Assembly: GCA_050953245.1 (NCBI GenBank)
Contig: JBMNMG010000005.1
Location: 320,575-384,574, forward strand
DNA from: Bacteroidales bacterium
GTDB lineage: Bacteria; Bacteroidota; Bacteroidia; Bacteroidales; BM520
Direction: 5' to 3'
Length of the DNA stretch: 64,000 nucleotides
Shown here: piece by piece, positions 11,051 through 20,464 of the stretch
Layout of the letters: each line of letters begins with the position of its first letter
How positions within the stretch are numbered: position 1 is the stretch's first letter
Program-made: the position numbers and the translations under genes
Notes under the pieces: model-generated
What the model was told of the DNA's origin: nothing
Databases searched by the model: none
Seen by the model: the letters and a program-made list of their open reading frames with translations, nothing else

Positions 11051-12262
11051 ATGAATATACTCAGAATAGGGCCTTCTGTAAATAGAGGTTCAACAAGTCG
11101 TACAATGGAACAGTTAGGAGAATTAGTTCAAAAAGAGGGGTGGAGATCAATTATAGGATATGGTAGAGTAGCAAATAAAAGTACTTCAACAACTATTAAA
11201 ATTGGTAACAAAATATCACTTTATAATCATGTTTTACAGACTCGTTTATTTGATAAGCATGGTTATGGGTCTTATCATGCAACAAAAATATTTCTCAATA
11301 AAGTTGATGAAGTAAAACCAGATTTAGTGCATCTACACAATATTCATGGTTATTATATTAATATTCAATTGCTTTTTAACTATTTGTTAAAACATAATTT
11401 ACCCGTTGTTTGGACTTTTCATGACTGTTGGCCTTATACAGGTCATTGTACACATTATGCTGATGCAAAATGTAATAAATGGAAAACACATTGTGAATCA
11501 TGTCCTTTAAAAACATCTTATCCCAAAAGTATATTTCTAGATAGATCATTCAAAAATTATGATTTTAAAAAATCTATTTTTACTTCTCTTGAAAACTTAA
11601 CAATTGTTGCAGTTTCAGATTGGCTAAAATCTGACATAGAAAAATCATTTATGAATAAATATCCTATATTAAGGATATATAATGGAGTTGATATCGACTA
11701 TTTTAAACCTTATGAAGATTATGAATATGTTAAATTAAAATATTCTATTCCAAAAGATAAAAATGTTTTATTGGCATGTGCAACATCGTGGTCAAATAAT
11801 AAAGGATTCTTGGATTATATTAAATTAAGTAAGATGTTAAATAAAGACTATGTGATTGTTCTTGTTGGGCTTCCTTCAAAATTAATTAAGAAACTTCCAA
11901 ATAACATTATTGGGATTCCAATAACTTATGATATAGAAGAATTAGCAAAATTATATTCTTTGTCTTCGATTGTTCTTAATCTTTCAAAACAGGAAAGTTT
12001 TGGTAAAACCACAGTTGAAGGATTAGCGTGTGGAACTCCAGGAATTGTTTATGATGTAACGGCAAGTCCAGAGTTAATTGATAGTGAAACAGGTATTGTA
12101 GTACAAAAAGATGATATCAGTCAAGTTTGTGAAGCTATCTATGAAATAGAAAGATGGAACAAAAGTAATTTACAAATTAAATGTAGAGATAGAGCTAAGT
12201 CTTTTTTTGATAAAAATATAAATTTCATGAAGTATATAGATTTATATAAATCTTTATTATAA
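11051..12262 (+). CDS. glycosyltransferase (GT-B, GT4-like)
   Basis: QESFGKTTVEGLACGTPGIV matches the EX7E-type motif. 403 aa. Confidence 0.72.
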   Translation: MNILRIGPSVNRGSTSRTMEQLGELVQKEGWRSIIGYGRVANKSTSTTIKIGNKISLYNHVLQTRLFDKHGYGSYHATKIFLNKVDEVKPDLVHLHNIHGYYINIQLLFNYLLKHNLPVVWTFHDCWPYTGHCTHYADAKCNKWKTHCESCPLKTSYPKSIFLDRSFKNYDFKKSIFTSLENLTIVAVSDWLKSDIEKSFMNKYPILRIYNGVDIDYFKPYEDYEYVKLKYSIPKDKNVLLACATSWSNNKGFLDYIKLSKMLNKDYVIVLVGLPSKLIKKLPNNIIGIPITYDIEELAKLYSLSSIVLNLSKQESFGKTTVEGLACGTPGIVYDVTASPELIDSETGIVVQKDDISQVCEAIYEIERWNKSNLQIKCRDRAKSFFDKNINFMKYIDLYKSLL

Positions 12263-12501
12263 TTTATTCATATATTTAAATTCTTATTGTTTTAATCTTT
12301 TGTTTAATAAAACCGAAATAACTAGTAAGAATAAAATAAAAAGAAATGATTAATATTATATATTCAAAAAAATGAATATAATTGTTTTTTTAATTGTTAA
12401 CTTTTATTTTTATACATATAAATTTATGTATAGTAAATTAATGTTTATATTTATTAAAAAAAACATAAAAAAAAGTATTTAAAGTTTATAAAATTAGCCT
12501 A

Positions 12502-13443
12502 ATGAAAAAAATAATAGAAAAAGTATATAATTCTTTTGCTTTATCATCACCTAAGAATGAAGTGTTTCTAAGAAAAATATATTGGAAAAATGTTGAAAAG
12601 TTAAATTACTTATCTCCGAATAAAAATAATAGGATACAAAGAACAATTCCTCTTGATTTTAATCTAGTCCTTGATTTTTTATCAAGAAATGGAGTCGGAC
12701 AAGGTAGTAATATTATAGTTCATTCTTCTTATGGAAACTTAAAACCTATATCACTTTCACCTGCTGAGATTAACGAGGAATTAATTAAATTAATTGGTAA
12801 TAAAGGAACAATAGCAATGCCTGTTATCAGAAGTTTTGTTGAAGACAACTTAACATTAAAAGACCATTTAGAAGATAAAATAAAAGATATTGAATGCACA
12901 TACGATGTAAATAAAACTAAAATTATTTCTGGTGTTTTAGCACAAACATTAATGAATCGTAAAGGAAGTATTACAAGTAGATTTCCTTTAAATCCGTTAA
13001 CAGCAAATGGACCTATTGCAGAAAGTATGATGAAAAATAATTTAGAAGGAGATTTACCTTCACCTCATGGACCAAATTCTTCTTGGAAATTTTGTGCTGA
13101 TAATGATGCATTCGTTTTTTATTTAGGAGTTGATTTTGGACATCATATAACAATGCAACAAGTATCTGCAGAATGTAATGAAAACTGGCCTTTAAAAGAT
13201 TTTTATATTAAAAGAAGATTCAAGATTATAGATGAAGATAAAATAATGTATAAAACTATAAAAGAAAGAAGACAAAAGTGGACCATGTACTTGGCAGAAA
13301 AGAATGTTAGAAAAGAACTTCTAGATGTAGGTATTGTGAAAATTGCTAATTTTGATGGGGTACCCATATGTATATATAAAGCAAAAGAATTACTTGATTA
13401 TATTGATAATCACAAAAATAAGACTTTCCCTTATTATGTGTAA
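12502..13443 (+). CDS. AAC(3)-family (aminoglycoside 3-N-acetyltransferase-like) N-acetyltransferase
   Basis: By eye: IIVHSSYGNL...GTIAMPV, TSRFPLNPLTANGPIAE, SPHGP and LGVDFGHHITMQQVSAE follow the Antibiotic_NAT motif order. Confidence 0.55.
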   Translation: MKKIIEKVYNSFALSSPKNEVFLRKIYWKNVEKLNYLSPNKNNRIQRTIPLDFNLVLDFLSRNGVGQGSNIIVHSSYGNLKPISLSPAEINEELIKLIGNKGTIAMPVIRSFVEDNLTLKDHLEDKIKDIECTYDVNKTKIISGVLAQTLMNRKGSITSRFPLNPLTANGPIAESMMKNNLEGDLPSPHGPNSSWKFCADNDAFVFYLGVDFGHHITMQQVSAECNENWPLKDFYIKRRFKIIDEDKIMYKTIKERRQKWTMYLAEKNVRKELLDVGIVKIANFDGVPICIYKAKELLDYIDNHKNKTFPYYV

Positions 13444-13458
13444 TTAAATTTAATAGAT

Positions 13459-14481
13459 ATGACACTTCTAAAAGATAAAACTCTCCTAATTACAGGAGGT
13501 ACAGGTTCGTTCGGTAATGCTGTATTAAAAAGATTTTTAAATACCGATCATTTTAAAGAAATACGCATATTTAGTCGTGATGAGAAAAAGCAAGACGATA
13601 TGCGTCATAGATTACAAAATCCAAAAGTAAAATATTACATTGGTGATGTTCGTGATAAGCGTAGCGTTGATGGTGCTATGGCAGGTGTAGATTATGTGTT
13701 CCATGCTGCAGCTTTAAAGCAAGTTCCATCATGTGAGTTTTTCCCAATGCAAGCAGTTCGTACTAATGTAATGGGTACAGAAAATGTTTTAGATTCTGCT
13801 ATTAAATTCGGAGTGAAAAATGTGGTTGTGTTATCTACAGATAAGGCTGCATATCCCATTAATGCCATGGGAATTAGTAAAGCTTTAATGGAAAAGGTTG
13901 CTATTGCTAAAGGTCGTCAGTTAGGTTTAGATGCTAATACTACTATTTGCTGTACTCGTTATGGCAATGTTATGGCTAGTAGAGGTTCTGTAATTCCATT
14001 ATGGATAGAACAAATAAAAGACGGTAATCCAATTACTATTACAGATCCACACATGACTCGTTTTATGATGACTTTAGAGGATGCTGTAGAGTTAGTATTA
14101 TATGCTTTTGAACATGGTAAAAATGGGGATTTATTTGTGCAAAAAGCTCCTGCAGCTACATTAACAGTTTTAGCTGATGCTTTAAAAGAGTTATATAAAG
14201 CTGATAATGAAGTTAAGATTATTGGAACTCGTCATGGCGAAAAGTTATATGAAACTTTAGTTACTCGCGAAGAGATGTTTAAAGCTGTTGATATGGGTGA
14301 TTATTATAGAATACCTGCAGATAATAGAGATTTAAACTATGATAAATTCTTTATAGATGGCGAAGAAGATATATCTAAAGTAGAAGATTTCCATTCACAT
14401 AATGCTTATAGGCTTAGTGTAGAGGAAATGAAACAACTTTTATTAAAGTTAGATATAATTCAAGAAGATCTTAAAAAATAA
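13459..14481 (+). CDS. fnlA: UDP-N-acetylglucosamine 4,6-dehydratase/5-epimerase (FnlA/CapE-type)
   Basis: KTLLITGGTGSFGNAVLKRFL, STDKAAYPINAMGISKALMEK and RYGNVMASRGSVIP are hallmark CapE/FnlA motifs. Confidence 0.9.
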   Translation: MTLLKDKTLLITGGTGSFGNAVLKRFLNTDHFKEIRIFSRDEKKQDDMRHRLQNPKVKYYIGDVRDKRSVDGAMAGVDYVFHAAALKQVPSCEFFPMQAVRTNVMGTENVLDSAIKFGVKNVVVLSTDKAAYPINAMGISKALMEKVAIAKGRQLGLDANTTICCTRYGNVMASRGSVIPLWIEQIKDGNPITITDPHMTRFMMTLEDAVELVLYAFEHGKNGDLFVQKAPAATLTVLADALKELYKADNEVKIIGTRHGEKLYETLVTREEMFKAVDMGDYYRIPADNRDLNYDKFFIDGEEDISKVEDFHSHNAYRLSVEEMKQLLLKLDIIQEDLKK

Positions 14482-14498
14482 ATAAAAAGGAAATTAAT

Positions 14499-15641
14499 AT
14501 GAATATTTTAATAACTGGAGCTAAAGGTTTTATTGGAAAGAATTTAGTATCAGAGTTAAATAATATTATATCTGGAAAAACTAAAAAGTATGGTATAGAT
14601 AATAATTTAACTTTGTTTGAATACGATATTGATACAGATCCAAAATTATTAGATGAATATTGTAAAAATGCAGATTTTGTTTTCCATTTAGCAGGTGTTA
14701 ATCGCCCTAAAACAGAAGACGAATTTATGAAAGGTAATTTTGGATTAACATCAGATTTGTTAGATAAGTTACAAAAATACAATAACAAATGTCCAATAAT
14801 GTTATCATCATCTATTCAAGCAGCATTAGATAACCCTTATGGAGTATCTAAAAAAGCAGGTGAAGATTTATTATTTGAATATTCCAAAAACACCGGAGCA
14901 AAAGTTTATGTTTTTCGTTTTCCTAATGTATTTGGTAAGTGGTGCAGACCTAATTACAATAGTGCTGTAGCAACATTTTGTAATAATATTGCTCACGATT
15001 TACCAATTAAAGTTAATGATCCTAACGTAGATATGACATTAGTTTATATAGATGATGTTGTTAATGAATTAATATTTGCATTACAAGATAAAGCTTATAA
15101 AGAAGGTGAATATTGTAAAGTTAGAGTAGAGCATAAAATTAAATTAGGTAGAATAGCAGATTTATTATATGAGTTTAAAGAAAGCCGTAAAAACTTATTA
15201 GTTCCCGATATGAGTGAACCAATAGTTAAAAAGCTATATTCTACATATTTAAGTTATTTGCCTGAAGATCAATTTAACTATCCTTTAAAGATGAATGTAG
15301 ATAATAGAGGATCATTTACAGAGTTTTTAAAATCAAACGATAGAGGTCAAGTATCTGTAAACATATCTAAACCAGGAATTGTAAAAGGGAATCATTGGCA
15401 TCATACTAAAAACGAAAAGTTTATTGTAGTTAGTGGAAAAGGAGTTATTAGATTCCGCAAAATAGATGAAGATAAAGTTTATGAATATTTTGTTTCCGGA
15501 GATAAATTAGAAGTAGTAGATATACCTGTTGGATATACACATAATATAGAAAACTTAGGTGATAGCGATATGGTAACTATAATGTGGGTTAATGAGATTT
15601 TTGATCCTGAAAACCCAGATACTTATTTTTTAGAAGTGTAA
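14499..15641 (+). CDS. fnlB: UDP-2-acetamido-2,6-dideoxy-L-talose 4-reductase (FnlB/CapF-type, SDR plus C-terminal cupin)
   Basis: N-terminal SDR (ITGAKGFIGKNL) and C-terminal cupin (RGSFTEF...KGNHWHHTK). Follows fnlA. Confidence 0.85.
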   Translation: MNILITGAKGFIGKNLVSELNNIISGKTKKYGIDNNLTLFEYDIDTDPKLLDEYCKNADFVFHLAGVNRPKTEDEFMKGNFGLTSDLLDKLQKYNNKCPIMLSSSIQAALDNPYGVSKKAGEDLLFEYSKNTGAKVYVFRFPNVFGKWCRPNYNSAVATFCNNIAHDLPIKVNDPNVDMTLVYIDDVVNELIFALQDKAYKEGEYCKVRVEHKIKLGRIADLLYEFKESRKNLLVPDMSEPIVKKLYSTYLSYLPEDQFNYPLKMNVDNRGSFTEFLKSNDRGQVSVNISKPGIVKGNHWHHTKNEKFIVVSGKGVIRFRKIDEDKVYEYFVSGDKLEVVDIPVGYTHNIENLGDSDMVTIMWVNEIFDPENPDTYFLEV

Positions 15642-15650
15642 TAGATAAAT
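15619..15650 (+). repeat. 32-bp direct repeat, copy 1 (last codons plus stop of fnlB)
   Basis: ATACTTATTTTTTAGAAGTGTAATAGATAAAT is identical to 16878..16909. Confidence 0.92.
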
Positions 15651-15712
15651 TATATATATAGACTAAATAATATTGTTTTGATATTGAAAACTAATATTTG
15701 TTAACTTTAAAT

Positions 15713-16804
15713 ATGAAAATTAATATAAAAGAAATAAAACTTAAAAATATATCTGATGGTAGTTTAATTAATTGTAAGTTATTAAAAGGATATACAGTAT
15801 TGTATGTGAGTTTAGAATTTTGGATTGCCAGTAAAGGATATAAACTTTATAAATACGATGTATTAAATGATAAATGGTCTCTTTTTGGGACATTACAAGA
15901 TAAAAAATACTACTTATTTAGTAAATTTAAAATAACTAGAAGATTATTAAGAGCAGAAATTACAAAACTATACAAGTTTAATAATAATTTGTATATATGT
16001 ATAGCTAAAAAATCATTATTTAAATTTAATTCAAATAATAATAAATTTGAAAAATGTTTGAATATTATGAAAGGTTCTAGACCATTAAATATATGTCAGG
16101 ACTCCAAAGGTGTTTTATATTTTGGAGAATATTTTTTTAATCCAGCTAGAAAAAAGGTCAATATTTATAAATCAGAAGATGAAGGTAAGACTTGGAATAT
16201 AGCATATACTTTTAACGATGGTAGAATCAACCATATACATGGAATATTTTTAGATCCTTATAAAGAAGAATTGTTGTGGGTTGCAACTGGTGATGATGAC
16301 GTAGCTTGCATATTTGGTTATTCTAAAGATGGTTTTAGAACAATAATTGAAAAGTATAGAGGAAAACAAGACTATAGAATTTGTGTTCCTTTATTCTATA
16401 AAGATAAAATAGTCTATGCAACAGACTCTCAATTTCAGCAAAATTATATTAGAGTAATAAATAGAGAAAGTGGAGCTATAAAAGACTTGGAAAAAATTCA
16501 AGGTTCTGGTATTTATGGAGTACAAATAGGTAATTTTGCTGCTATTTCAACTACTATTGAACCATCTAAAATAAATACAGATAAAAATTCTTATTTATGG
16601 TTTACAAAAGAAGGTTTAAACTGGAAACCATTAATAAGTTTTAAAAAAGATATGTGGCATAATGTTTATTTTCAATTTGGTAGTATTAGGTTCCCCAATT
16701 ATGAAATAAATAATAAACAGTATAATAAACTGATTGTCACAGGATGTGCTTTAAAAAAAATAGATGGAAATAGTTTGATAATTAATATAAAAGATATACT
16801 ATAA
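15713..16804 (+). CDS. BNR/Asp-box beta-propeller-like protein (cassette gene inside the fnl operon)
   Basis: SEDEGKTWN is a canonical Asp-box (SxDxGxTW). TKEGLNWKP is a degenerate second box. No signal peptide. Start taken at the ATG, 15 nt inside the tracked ORF. Confidence 0.5.
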   Translation: MKINIKEIKLKNISDGSLINCKLLKGYTVLYVSLEFWIASKGYKLYKYDVLNDKWSLFGTLQDKKYYLFSKFKITRRLLRAEITKLYKFNNNLYICIAKKSLFKFNSNNNKFEKCLNIMKGSRPLNICQDSKGVLYFGEYFFNPARKKVNIYKSEDEGKTWNIAYTFNDGRINHIHGIFLDPYKEELLWVATGDDDVACIFGYSKDGFRTIIEKYRGKQDYRICVPLFYKDKIVYATDSQFQQNYIRVINRESGAIKDLEKIQGSGIYGVQIGNFAAISTTIEPSKINTDKNSYLWFTKEGLNWKPLISFKKDMWHNVYFQFGSIRFPNYEINNKQYNKLIVTGCALKKIDGNSLIINIKDIL

Positions 16805-16877
16805 AATAATAATATTTTTTTATAGTTATTGATTATAGTTAGAAATGTAAGAATAGTAGAAATATAATAAATGTTTT

Positions 16878-16909
16878 ATACTTATTTTTTAGAAGTGTAA
16901 TAGATAAAT
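16878..16909 (+). repeat. 32-bp direct repeat, copy 2
   Basis: Perfect copy of 15619..15650, located 16 nt upstream of the fnlC ATG. Confidence 0.92.
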
Positions 16910-16925
16910 AAAATAATATATAAAA

Positions 16926-18065
16926 ATGGATATTAAAAAACTTAAAGTTGTTACTGTTGTTGGTACGCGCCCAGAGATAATTAGATTAGCTTGTGTACTA
17001 CAAAAATTAGATCAAAGCGAAGCTATAGAACACATATTAGTACATACTGGTCAAAATTACGATTATGAGCTAAACGAAGTGTTCTTTGAAGATTTAGGAT
17101 TACGTAGACCAGATTACTTTTTAGAAGCAGCAGGTAAAAATGCTACAGAAACTGCAGGTCAAATATTAATTAAAATAGATCCTGTATTAGAAGAAGTAAA
17201 ACCAGATGCATTTTTAGTGTTAGGAGATACTAATTCTTGCTTATGTGCAATAGCTGCTAAAAAACGTCATATTCCAATATTCCACATGGAAGCTGGTAAT
17301 AGATGTTTTGATCAAAGAGTACCAGAAGAAAGCAATCGTAAAATAGTAGACCACACAGCAGATATCAACTTAACATATAGCGATATTGCTCGTGAATATC
17401 TATTAGCAGAAGGCTTAAGACCAGATAGAGTAATAAAAACCGGTAGTCCAATGTACGAAGTATTAATGCAATATCTACCTAAGATAGAAAAATCTACTAT
17501 TTTAGAAAAATTAAACCTTAAAAAAGGAGAATACTTTGTAGTATCAGCACATAGAGAAGAAAACATTAACTCCGAAACTAACTTTAACAATTTAGTTAAA
17601 ATATTAAATGGTGTTGCAGAAAAATTTAACTATCCTGTTATAGTATCTACACATCCAAGAACTCGTAAAATGATAGAGAAAAAAGGAGTTAAATTTAATG
17701 ATAAAGTTCAATTAATGAAGCCTATGGGATTAAGCGACTACAACAAACTTCAAATGAATGCATTTGCTGTATTATCAGATAGTGGTACAATCTCAGAAGA
17801 AAGCTCAATATTAAACTTTAGAGCATTAAATATTAGAGAAGCTCACGAACGTCCCGAAGCAATGGAAGAAGCATCTGTAATGATGGTTGGCTTAAATCCA
17901 GAAAGAGTAATGCAAGGATTAGTACAACTACAATATCAAAAAATAGGAGATGAAAGAAACTTTCGTCCAGTTTACGATTACAGCATGCCTAATGTAAGCG
18001 ATAAAGTTGTTAGGATAATAATATCTTATACAGATTACGTTAAAAGAGTAGTTTGGGGTGAGTAA
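16926..18065 (+). CDS. fnlC: UDP-N-acetylglucosamine 2-epimerase, non-hydrolysing (FnlC/CapG-type)
   Basis: VVGTRPEIIRL, HTGQNYDYELNEVFF and HMEAGNRCFD are typical WecB/FnlC-family motifs. Confidence 0.9.
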   Translation: MDIKKLKVVTVVGTRPEIIRLACVLQKLDQSEAIEHILVHTGQNYDYELNEVFFEDLGLRRPDYFLEAAGKNATETAGQILIKIDPVLEEVKPDAFLVLGDTNSCLCAIAAKKRHIPIFHMEAGNRCFDQRVPEESNRKIVDHTADINLTYSDIAREYLLAEGLRPDRVIKTGSPMYEVLMQYLPKIEKSTILEKLNLKKGEYFVVSAHREENINSETNFNNLVKILNGVAEKFNYPVIVSTHPRTRKMIEKKGVKFNDKVQLMKPMGLSDYNKLQMNAFAVLSDSGTISEESSILNFRALNIREAHERPEAMEEASVMMVGLNPERVMQGLVQLQYQKIGDERNFRPVYDYSMPNVSDKVVRIIISYTDYVKRVVWGE

Positions 18066-18075
18066 AATTTAAATT

Positions 18076-19281
18076 ATGAATATTTTATTTTTAACAGTTT
18101 CTAGAATAGATGATATAAATAAACGTGGTATATATACAGATTTATTACGTTATTTTATTAATCAAGGTCATAAAGTTTATATTGTTTCGCCTACAGAACG
18201 TAGATTTAAAAAGAAAACACATTTAATAAAAAAGGAAAATCATTCTATTCTAAAAGTTAGAACACTAAACATTCAAAAAACAAACTTTATTGAAAAAGGA
18301 ATAGGTACTATTTTACTAGAATCTCAATTTAATAAAGCAATAAAAAAACATTTTAAAAATATCAATTTTGATTTAATACTTTATTCTACACCTCCAATAA
18401 CTTTAACAACAGTTATTAAAAAGATAAAAAATAAAAATAAAGCAAAAACTTATTTATTACTAAAAGATATATTTCCGCAAAATGCAGTTGATATAGAATT
18501 AATGAGTAATAAAGGACCTTTGTATAATTTTTTTAGAAAGAAAGAAAAGAAACTTTACAAACTATCAGATTATATAGGATGTATGTCACCTGCTAATGTA
18601 GATTATGTAATTAAACATAACCCAGAAGTAGATAAAGAAATAGTTGAAGTATGTCCTAACTCGATAGAATTAAAAGAAGATAATATTATTAAAAATAAAG
18701 ATATTCTTAAAAAGTATAATGTTCCTGAAGATTCATTAACCTTTATATATGGTGGAAATTTAGGGAAACCTCAAGGGCTTGATTTTTTATTAGAAGTTTT
18801 AGATTCCAATAATAATAAAAACGATAGATTTTTTATTATAGTTGGTTCAGGTACAGAATATAATAAAATTGATTTATGGTTTAAAGAAAATAAACCTAAA
18901 AATGCTATTTTATTATCTGCACTACCTAAAGAGGATTATGATAATTTAGTACAAAGTTGTGATGTCGGAATTATATTTTTAGACCCAAGATTTACAATTC
19001 CTAATTATCCATCTAGGTTGTTATCTTATTTAGAATATAAAATGCCAGTTATAATGGCAACAGATGTTAATACAGATATTGGAAAAATTGCAGAAGAAAA
19101 TGGATATGGTGTGTGGACAGAAAATGGAAATTTACAAGAATTTAATATCTTATTAGATAACTTTTGTAATAAAACATATTCTATAGAAGATATGGGTAAT
19201 AAAGGTTATAATTATTTAAAAGATAATTATACTATAGAAGATTGTTACAAAATAATAATGAAACATTTTATTGAAAAGTAA
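18076..19281 (+). CDS. GT4 glycosyltransferase (WbuB-like, putative L-FucNAc transferase)
   Basis: 401-aa GT-B protein immediately after fnlABC, the usual WbuB position. Function is inferred from context. Confidence 0.65.
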   Translation: MNILFLTVSRIDDINKRGIYTDLLRYFINQGHKVYIVSPTERRFKKKTHLIKKENHSILKVRTLNIQKTNFIEKGIGTILLESQFNKAIKKHFKNINFDLILYSTPPITLTTVIKKIKNKNKAKTYLLLKDIFPQNAVDIELMSNKGPLYNFFRKKEKKLYKLSDYIGCMSPANVDYVIKHNPEVDKEIVEVCPNSIELKEDNIIKNKDILKKYNVPEDSLTFIYGGNLGKPQGLDFLLEVLDSNNNKNDRFFIIVGSGTEYNKIDLWFKENKPKNAILLSALPKEDYDNLVQSCDVGIIFLDPRFTIPNYPSRLLSYLEYKMPVIMATDVNTDIGKIAEENGYGVWTENGNLQEFNILLDNFCNKTYSIEDMGNKGYNYLKDNYTIEDCYKIIMKHFIEK

Positions 19282-19925
19282 TGTATAAACATTTTTTTAA
19301 AAGATTTTTCGATTTTTTAATTTCATTAATAGGATTTATTGTAATATCACCTTTATTTTTGATATTATGGATAAGTTTATCTATTGCTAATAAAGGTGCC
19401 GGTGCATTTTTCACTCAAAAAAGACCTGGTAAAAATGAAAAAATCTTTAAGGTTATAAAGTTTAAAACAATGACAGATGAAAGGGATGCAGAAGGTAATT
19501 TATTGCCTGATGTTGAACGATTAACTAAGGTGGGGAAATTTATACGATCTACTTCTTTAGATGAAATTCCACAATTATTAAATGTTATCAAAGGAGATAT
19601 GGCATTAATTGGTCCAAGACCGTTATTAGTTCAATATTTACCATTATATAATGAAGAACAGAAAAGACGTCATGAAGTAAGACCTGGAATTACAGGTTGG
19701 GCTCAAGTAAATGGTCGAAATTTGTGCAAGTTGAGTAATAAATTTAAATATGATGTTTGGTATGTTGATAATTGTTCATTAAAGTTAGATATAAAAATTA
19801 TTTTTTTAACTATCAAAAATGTTTTTCTAAGAAAGGATATTGGTGCTGGCAATGCAACAATGAAAGAGGTTGATGATTTAGGATTTAGTAAAAAATTAAT
19901 AAAAATAAACAATAAAAATATATGA
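19281..19925 (+). CDS. monotopic phosphoglycosyl transferase (PglC/WcfS-type initiating sugar transferase)
   Basis: KRFFDF..., PGKNEKIFKVIKFKTM, DEIPQLLNVIKGDMALIGPRP are bacterial sugar-transferase motifs. The start overlaps the upstream stop (TAATG). Confidence 0.9.
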   Translation: MYKHFFKRFFDFLISLIGFIVISPLFLILWISLSIANKGAGAFFTQKRPGKNEKIFKVIKFKTMTDERDAEGNLLPDVERLTKVGKFIRSTSLDEIPQLLNVIKGDMALIGPRPLLVQYLPLYNEEQKRRHEVRPGITGWAQVNGRNLCKLSNKFKYDVWYVDNCSLKLDIKIIFLTIKNVFLRKDIGAGNATMKEVDDLGFSKKLIKINNKNI

Positions 19926-20464
19926 TTGAAAATAAGGATATTATTTTACGTGCTATTGAAGAAACGGATTTAGTTATGTTGTATGAAATGATTAACGATC
20001 AATCAATACAAAATATGGTAGGTGGCAATAGTAGGCCTATTTCTATGTATCAGCAAAAAAATTGGTTTGCATCTATTCAAAATAGAACAAATGAATTAAG
20101 ATTAATTATTGACACAAAAAACGATGGACCTATTGGGGTTGTTATGTTGACAGATATTAATTATATTAATGGGACAGCAGAAACTCATATAAAACTTAAC
20201 TCCAAAAAATCTTCAAGAGGTAAAGGATATGGTTATAAAGCATATATGACTTTATTTGAATATGCTTTTAATAATATGAATTTAAATTGTATATTTTGTC
20301 AAATTTTAGATTATAATATTCCATCTATTAATTTGCATTTAAAGTGTGGGTTTGTTAAAGAAGGGAGATTAAGACAAAGAGTTTATAAAAATGGAAAATA
20401 TAATGATATGTTGATATTTTCATTATTAAAGAAAGATTGGGAGAAATTATTATGTCAAAATTAA
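19922..20464 (+). CDS. GNAT-family N-acetyltransferase (RimJ/RimL-like)
   Basis: 180 aa with SRGKGYGYKA in the acetyl-CoA P-loop-like position. 4-nt overlap with the upstream gene. Confidence 0.72.
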   Translation: MIENKDIILRAIEETDLVMLYEMINDQSIQNMVGGNSRPISMYQQKNWFASIQNRTNELRLIIDTKNDGPIGVVMLTDINYINGTAETHIKLNSKKSSRGKGYGYKAYMTLFEYAFNNMNLNCIFCQILDYNIPSINLHLKCGFVKEGRLRQRVYKNGKYNDMLIFSLLKKDWEKLLCQN

